The position numbers and the translations under genes are program-made. From Acidobacteriota bacterium (GTDB taxonomy: Bacteria > Acidobacteriota > Vicinamibacteria > Vicinamibacterales > 2-12-FULL-66-21), in the NCBI GenBank assembly GCA_046731735.1, contig JBKPLP010000155.1:14199-78198 (forward strand): DNA of 64,000 nucleotides, in the 5' to 3' direction. The notes under the pieces were generated by a model, which was given only the letters and a program-made list of their open reading frames with translations, was not told where the DNA came from and made no database searches. How positions within the stretch are numbered: position 1 is the first letter of the stretch; each line of letters begins with the position of its first letter. Shown piece by piece: positions 58,930 through 64,000 of this stretch.

Positions 58930-60390
58930 TTACAACGCCGAAGGACCCGCCGCGCTGCCATTCACCGGTTGGACCTGCATGCGCTCTCCGCCGGCGCCGA
59001 CGACCGGTTCGATGAATTGCCGGTAGGCGTCCTCGTAGCCGCGATCAAGTAGCTCCGGGAGCGAATGCATCCGATCGGAGCGTTCGTCGTAGGCGCCGCG
59101 GAAGTCGAGTGGTCCGAGCGGGTTGTGCGCGGGACGAACGACGAACAGACCGGCGAAGCGGCCGGCAAAGAGCTCGAGCACATCGCGCAGGGCGGCCGCC
59201 TCGAATGCCGCGAGATGTTCGCCCACCCGGCCACGGAGATCGGCGCGGCCGCTGCTCAATTCGTGCGCCCGTGCCGCGGGGGGCGACGCGCTCACCAGGA
59301 TGACCTGCTCGGCGCCAGCGGCGGCGACTTCCTCGAGCAGACGCCCGAGCGCACCGGGTCGATCGCAGAGGCGGTGCGTCTCACCACGCCACGGCCCTTC
59401 GGCGGAAAAGGTGACCAGATGCGGCTCGGTCGCGATCGGGAGCGCGAGCGCCGCAGCCAGGGCGTCGAAGGCGTGCTCGCGCGAGGCGCCGGACAGATCG
59501 AATGCTTCCAGGTAGCGCCCCGCGCTCTCCGGAGCACCCGGGCGGCCGAAGAACCGCGGCCGGTGCTGCGGCGACAGCAGCGCGAACACGACGTCGCGCC
59601 GCGCGTCCATGTCGTGCATCCCGATCAGCAGCTCGCGAAACCCCGGCTGGCCGAGATTGTCCGACAGGAGCTCGATGTACCGCCGTGCGAGGTCGCTGGC
59701 CGGAGGCGCCGCAACGGCCGCCGCGCCGCGAATCAGGTTCCACAATTGCGCCAGTGTGCGATCGAAAGCGCCCCACGCCGACAGCGGCGATCCAAGCAGA
59801 CGCCACATCAATGTCGGGCGGGTGCGCCGTTTCGATCGATTCCGAATCCCCGATATGACGACCCCGATGGCGAGCGCCGCAACACCGACCAGGAGGGTAA
59901 ACAGCACGAGCCGTGGAATCGAGGTGGGAAGTGCCGCCGGCGCGAACAGCGCGTCGAGCCACCCGCGAAATGTTGTCCGCAGTGTAGTGCCCGCGTCGTC
60001 CAGGCCGACGAGGGTGAGCAGAAGCCCGGCGACGCCGACCAGAACGGCGAGCCCCAGCAGCGCCAGGGGAATCGCAAACAGAAGTGCCGCCGCAGCGAGA
60101 GACCAGCCGGCGATTCGCAGCGGAAGGCGCCAGCGGTAGAAGTCTGCGGCGGAGGACGCACGCCACAGGCCGTTGGCGTCCCACAGCCTCGCGCCGCCAT
60201 CGACCGCCGCGAAGACGGCGCCGATGACGCCGATGCCGCGGGCGCCGACGACATCGATCTTCACGCCCGCTTCATGCAACGCGCGGAGCACGCCCGCGTG
60301 ATAGGCCCCGGCGGTACCCGAACCGGTCAGCACGATCGCCGTGCGGAGCCGCGTCGAGTACTGCCGGTCCGGCGCGTCAGGAGTCATCAC
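58930..60390 (-). CDS. patatin-like phospholipase family protein with internal membrane segment
   Basis: N-terminus IVLTGSGTAGAYHAGVLRALHEAGVKIDVVGARGIGVIGA aligns to the patatin oxyanion and nucleophile motifs, followed by hydrophobic helices. Confidence 0.55.
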   Translation of the reverse strand: MMTPDAPDRQYSTRLRTAIVLTGSGTAGAYHAGVLRALHEAGVKIDVVGARGIGVIGAVFAAVDGGARLWDANGLWRASSAADFYRWRLPLRIAGWSLAAAALLFAIPLALLGLAVLVGVAGLLLTLVGLDDAGTTLRTTFRGWLDALFAPAALPTSIPRLVLFTLLVGVAALAIGVVISGIRNRSKRRTRPTLMWRLLGSPLSAWGAFDRTLAQLWNLIRGAAAVAAPPASDLARRYIELLSDNLGQPGFRELLIGMHDMDARRDVVFALLSPQHRPRFFGRPGAPESAGRYLEAFDLSGASREHAFDALAAALALPIATEPHLVTFSAEGPWRGETHRLCDRPGALGRLLEEVAAAGAEQVILVSASPPAARAHELSSGRADLRGRVGEHLAAFEAAALRDVLELFAGRFAGLFVVRPAHNPLGPLDFRGAYDERSDRMHSLPELLDRGYEDAYRQFIEPVVGAGGERMQVQPVNGSAAGPSAL

Positions 60391-60408
60391 GAATAGGGGC
60401 CGCGCAGG

Positions 60409-60873
60409 CTAGTCGTCGTGGATCGTGACCAGCTTCACGAGCTCGAAGCGCTTGCTGCCATTCGGCGCGGTGATTGTCACCTCGTCGCCTTCTTCCTTGC
60501 CGAGGAGGCCTCGGCCAATGGGCGAGGCAGTGGAGATCAACCCGCTTTCGACGTCGGCGTCCTCAGGCATGACGAGCTGATAGATCGTCACCTGGCCGCT
60601 CGGGTCCTTCAGATGCACGGTCGATCCGAATCCCACCTTGTCGTGCGGAATCTTGTCGAGGTTCATCAGCGAGATCTCGCTGACCCGCTTCTGCAGCATG
60701 CTGATGCGTGACTCGACGAGCCGCTGGCGTTCCTTCGCCGCCTGGTACTCCGCGTTCTCGCGGAGATCTCCCAGCTCGCGCGCACGTTTGATCTCTTTCG
60801 GCAGCTCGGTCTTCAGCTCCTTGTCCAGTGCCTGGATCTCGTCCTCGAACTTCTTGAGCAGACGGGCCTTCAT
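60409..60873 (-). CDS. greA: transcription elongation factor GreA
   Basis: 154 aa. Coiled-coil N-terminus (REN.EY.AAKE) and a C-terminal FKBP-like domain. Confidence 0.9.
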   Translation of the reverse strand: MKARLLKKFEDEIQALDKELKTELPKEIKRARELGDLRENAEYQAAKERQRLVESRISMLQKRVSEISLMNLDKIPHDKVGFGSTVHLKDPSGQVTIYQLVMPEDADVESGLISTASPIGRGLLGKEEGDEVTITAPNGSKRFELVKLVTIHDD

Positions 60874-60891
60874 GGCCGGAATGGTAACAGA

Positions 60892-60926
60892 AATTGCTGA
60901 TGTACGATTGCTGATTGCTGATTGTC
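60892..60926. repeat. heptamer array GATTGCT (x3 clear, x5 with variants)
   Basis: Lies in the divergent greA / methyltransferase spacer. Confidence 0.85.
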
Positions 60927-61033
60927 ACGGCCCGCTGAGTTCGTGAGTGGCGACGCTCCGCCGACACGGTTTTCGATCGGCGTTCGGCGCGAACCAGCAA
61001 TGAGACGACGCGACTACAATCGGAGCCACAGGC

Positions 61034-61864
61034 ATGAAGCGCATCTCGAGCCGGCAGAACGCGATCGTCAAACGATTTCGCGACGTGGCCCGAGGCGACC
61101 AGCCTCACCTGATGCTGCTTGACGGTGAACACCTGCTCCGTGAAGCAATCGCGTCGGGCATTCGGATCTCCGCGGTGGCTTTCGCCGATGGATCGGAGGT
61201 GGACGAGCTCATGCGTGGAGCACAACGGGAGGGCGCTGAGGTGTTCACCGTGACCGGCCAGGTGCTGGCGGCGATCAGTCCCGTGCGCGAGCCTTCCGGC
61301 GTCGTCGCGATCGCGGCGAAACCCCGGGCAACGCTGGACGACGTACTGGCGGCGCCAGCTCCGGCGAAACTGGAAAAGGCAGCGGGCAACGAGATCCGCC
61401 AGCCGCTGGTGGTGATGTTGAGCGACGTACAGGATCCGGGCAACATTGGCGCCGTCATTCGCGCGGCGGAGGGCTGCAGCGCGACCGGGGTGATCTGCAG
61501 CGAGGCCACGGCCGATCCGTTTGGTTGGAAGGCGCTCCGCGGTGCGATGGGCTCTGCCTTTCGCCTGCCGGTGGTCGCAAAACAGCCGCTCGCGGCTGCG
61601 ATCGCCAGCGCTCGCGCGTCCGGTCTGCGGGTGTTCGCGACAATCGCGCGCGGCGGCACACCGCTTCCCGAGTGCAACCTGCGGGAACCATCGGCGATCC
61701 TGTTTGGCAGTGAAGGCCGCGGGCTCGCCGACGAATTGATCGCCGCAGCCGACGAGCGCATGACCATTCCCATGCAGCACCCCGTCGAATCGTTGAACGT
61801 GGCGGTGGCGGCGGCGCTCGTCGTTTACGAGGCCGCGCGCCAGCGCCGGGCGCCGCACCGCTGA
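61034..61864 (+). CDS. TrmH/SpoU-family RNA 2'-O-methyltransferase
   Basis: SpoU motifs ([31 protein letters not shown]). Confidence 0.85.
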   Translation: MKRISSRQNAIVKRFRDVARGDQPHLMLLDGEHLLREAIASGIRISAVAFADGSEVDELMRGAQREGAEVFTVTGQVLAAISPVREPSGVVAIAAKPRATLDDVLAAPAPAKLEKAAGNEIRQPLVVMLSDVQDPGNIGAVIRAAEGCSATGVICSEATADPFGWKALRGAMGSAFRLPVVAKQPLAAAIASARASGLRVFATIARGGTPLPECNLREPSAILFGSEGRGLADELIAAADERMTIPMQHPVESLNVAVAAALVVYEAARQRRAPHR

Positions 61865-63198
61865 TGTCACTCTTCGACGACCCTTCGGCTCCCGCGCAAT
61901 CGAGCGGCCGCTCACGGCAGGCGGCGCCGGCGCCGCTCGCCGAGCGCATGCGGCCGCAGACGCTCGACGAATTCGTCGGGCAGGAGGCGCTGGTCGGGCC
62001 GGGACGCCCACTGCGCCGCGCAATCGATCAGGACCAGCTGCAGTCGATTATTCTCTGGGGTCCGCCGGGCACGGGAAAGACGACGCTCGCCCGACTCATC
62101 GCGACCGTCACCCGCGCGCACTTCATCTCGTTCAGCGCCGTGCTCTCCGGCATCAAGGAGATCCGCGCGGTCATGACGGAGGCGGAGGAAGCCCGCAGGC
62201 GCCTCGGACGCCGCACGATTCTCTTCATCGACGAAATCCACCGGTTCAACAAGGCGCAGCAGGACGCATTCCTGCCCCGTGTCGAAGCAGGCGACATCGT
62301 GCTCATCGGCGCGACGACGGAGAACCCGTCGTTCGAGGTGAATTCGGCGCTGCTGTCGCGCTCGAAGGTCTACGTGCTGAAGGCACTCGAGCCGAAGGAC
62401 ATCGTCGTGATTCTGCGCCGCGCGCTCGAGGATCCGGATCGCGGACTGGGTGCGCTCGAGATCCAGGCCGACGACGAGGCGCTCGCGGGCATCGCCCGCT
62501 ACGCCAACGGCGACGCGCGTGTGGCGCTGAACATGCTCGACACCGCGGCCGCCGCCGCCGGAAGCTCGAAACGCATCGACGTCCCGCTGGTGGCGGACCT
62601 CGCGCAGAACCGCGCGCTCCTCTACGACAAGAGCGGCGAAGAGCACTACAACCTGATCTCCGCGCTGCACAAATCGATGCGCAACAGCGATCCCGACGCG
62701 ACCGTGTACTGGCTCGCGCGGATGATCGAATCCGGCGAAGACCCGCTTTACATCGCGCGGCGGCTCGTCCGGTTCGCGTCGGAAGACATCGGCAATGCGG
62801 ATCCGCGTGCGCTCTCCATTGCCGTAGCGGCGAAGGATGCTGTCCACTTCATCGGCATGCCAGAGGGCAACACCGCACTCGCGCAGGCCGCCATCTACAT
62901 GGCGGTCGCCGCGAAGAGCAATGCCGTTTATCGCGCCTACCTCGAGGCTGCCGAGGCAGCGTCGCAGGAGATTGCTGAACCGGTGCCGCTGCACCTGCGC
63001 AATGCGCCCACCAAGCTGATGAAGGATCTGGAATACGGGAAAGGCTACCGCTACGCGCACGACGAGGAGGGCGGTATTGCGAGTGGCATGGAGTGTCTGC
63101 CGCCCGCTCACGCTGGACGGACGTTCTACGAGCCCACGGACCGCGGTCTCGAAGCGGAAATCAAAAAGAAGCTGGACGAGCTGCGGAAGAAACGCTGA
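61864..63198 (+). CDS. rarA: replication-associated recombination protein A (AAA+ ATPase)
   Basis: GPPGTGKTT and [10 protein letters not shown] motifs, and a MgsA C-terminal domain ([13 protein letters not shown]). Confidence 0.92.
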   Translation: MSLFDDPSAPAQSSGRSRQAAPAPLAERMRPQTLDEFVGQEALVGPGRPLRRAIDQDQLQSIILWGPPGTGKTTLARLIATVTRAHFISFSAVLSGIKEIRAVMTEAEEARRRLGRRTILFIDEIHRFNKAQQDAFLPRVEAGDIVLIGATTENPSFEVNSALLSRSKVYVLKALEPKDIVVILRRALEDPDRGLGALEIQADDEALAGIARYANGDARVALNMLDTAAAAAGSSKRIDVPLVADLAQNRALLYDKSGEEHYNLISALHKSMRNSDPDATVYWLARMIESGEDPLYIARRLVRFASEDIGNADPRALSIAVAAKDAVHFIGMPEGNTALAQAAIYMAVAAKSNAVYRAYLEAAEAASQEIAEPVPLHLRNAPTKLMKDLEYGKGYRYAHDEEGGIASGMECLPPAHAGRTFYEPTDRGLEAEIKKKLDELRKKR

Positions 63199-63201
63199 CG
63201 C

Positions 63202-64000
63202 TCAGTGGACCCGGCGCAGCATCTCGGCGCGCAGCGGCAGGATGAATGAAAACCGGAAATCTCCCTGCATCCGGCCGATCGGAATGCCCACGAGGTTGCC
63301 GTCGCGGTTCAGCACGCCGCCGCCCGAGACGCCCGGGTGCCCATCGGTGAGGCAGGTCACGAGATTGTTCTGCGTGCGCTGACCGACGTAGCCGGTGGCG
63401 AGAATAATCCCTTTGGAATAGTCGTTGCCCAGTCGGAAGATCGGATCCGCGAAATCAAAGCCGTACTCCAAATCCACGGTCAGCGGCGGCAGGTCGATCG
63501 GTTCGCGCACCTTGATGATGGCCCAGTCGCCTGGATCGACTTCCGCGCGCGCATCCCCGGCGTCGACCAGCTGAGCGATCAGCGCGCGACCTTTGTAGGT
63601 CACCTTGATCGACTGGATGCGGTGCGGATCGCTGACGCCCTCCTGCCCCAGCGCGACGACCGCGTGTTTGACGGTGATGAAATAGCCGTTGCCGAGATAT
63701 CCGGCGGTGCCGTAGTTGCTCGAGCCGTGATCGTCGTAGGTGTTCAGCTCGACGAAGCTGTTGCGCCGCTCGCGCAGGAGCGTCACCGGCAGCAGCCCCA
63801 TCTCCGCGCTCAGCTCGCGCTTCACGTCCGCGACGATCGCGGCACGGCTCTCGTCGTCCATCGGGACCGCGCCGGAAGCCGACCGGCGGCCGGCGGTGCC
63901 CGCCGTCGCCAGCTCGCGCTGGCGCAGCGAGTCGATCTCGGCACTCAGCGCCGCGAGGCGCTGCTCGCGGCTGGCGTTCTGGCGCGCGGCGAGGTAATTG
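63202..64000 (-). CDS. trypsin-like serine protease domain protein (5' end probably outside window)
   Basis: VKHAV (His) ... GHPGVSGGGVLN (Ser). The frame stays open upstream of the listed Met 63861 to the window edge, reading NYLAARQNASREQRLAALSAEIDSLRQRE... Confidence 0.65.
   Translation of the reverse strand, partial: NYLAARQNASREQRLAALSAEIDSLRQRELATAGTAGRRSASGAVPMDDESRAAIVADVKRELSAEMGLLPVTLLRERRNSFVELNTYDDHGSSNYGTAGYLGNGYFITVKHAVVALGQEGVSDPHRIQSIKVTYKGRALIAQLVDAGDARAEVDPGDWAIIKVREPIDLPPLTVDLEYGFDFADPIFRLGNDYSKGIILATGYVGQRTQNNLVTCLTDGHPGVSGGGVLNRDGNLVGIPIGRMQGDFRFSFILPLRAEMLRRVH

Overview
This is a high-GC bacterial chromosomal window with about 60 tightly packed genes. It is probably Acidobacteriota-like: it has a VWFA-related domain protein typical of that phylum and an ABC ATPase without a permease. 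That assignment is inference only.

Gene content, left to right:
- Glycogen and trehalose genes (debranching enzyme fragment, treZ), then a hybrid histidine kinase.
- ClpP-like protease, DUF3052 protein, SRPBCC protein and a MarR regulator.
- A sigma-54-type operon: MacA-like adaptor, ABC ATPase, NtrC-type regulator and histidine kinase.
- mscS, deoC, rpiB, hpt, an amidohydrolase, upp and a citryl-CoA-lyase-like gene.
- A long minus-strand amino-acid/sulfur supercluster: ask-hom-thrC, then sirC-cobA-sulfite reductase-thrB-(ThrC paralog)-(CysO/MoaD::MoeB::rhodanese fusion).
- Divergent from that cluster: pheA-ilvD-ilvB-ilvN-ilvC, a LysR regulator and ureABC-EFGD.
- A DUF1080 protein, an S9 hydrolase, and tRNA-Val followed by a small lower-GC islet.
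- YtxH and DUF948 proteins, mlaDFE, uvrB, a VWA protein, a large beta-barrel protein and a DHH phosphoesterase.
- A Cys/Met PLP enzyme, a patatin-like protein, greA, a TrmH-family methyltransferase, rarA and a trypsin-like protease.

Most interesting signals, all below the 60-aa ORF-track cutoff and found by reading the intergenic DNA:
1. Three candidate ribosome-mediated attenuators, each a short leader ORF followed by an intrinsic terminator. One is a polycysteine leader (MLYGNPCACNCCCCCCMCSIRGFPAFGPGVMF) in front of the sulfite-reduction/homocysteine operon. One is a Val/Ile-rich leader (MRGPVIPGIVVVGVIGRLTGRILARCPHE) in front of pheA-ilvDBNC. One is a less clear leader in front of ask-hom-thrC.
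2. An operon whose gene logic points to protein-thiocarboxylate, O-phosphohomoserine-dependent homocysteine synthesis. Its sulfur-carrier domain, ending in GG, is fused in frame to its E1 activating enzyme.
3. Many different heptanucleotide tandem repeats, two copies of an inverted-repeat element, GC-rich REP-like hairpins and an in-frame 81-bp x3 repeat. Almost every intergenic spacer carries one of these.

Limits: all product names come from my own recognition of motifs in the translations. No database search or RNA folding was possible, and start codons are best guesses.
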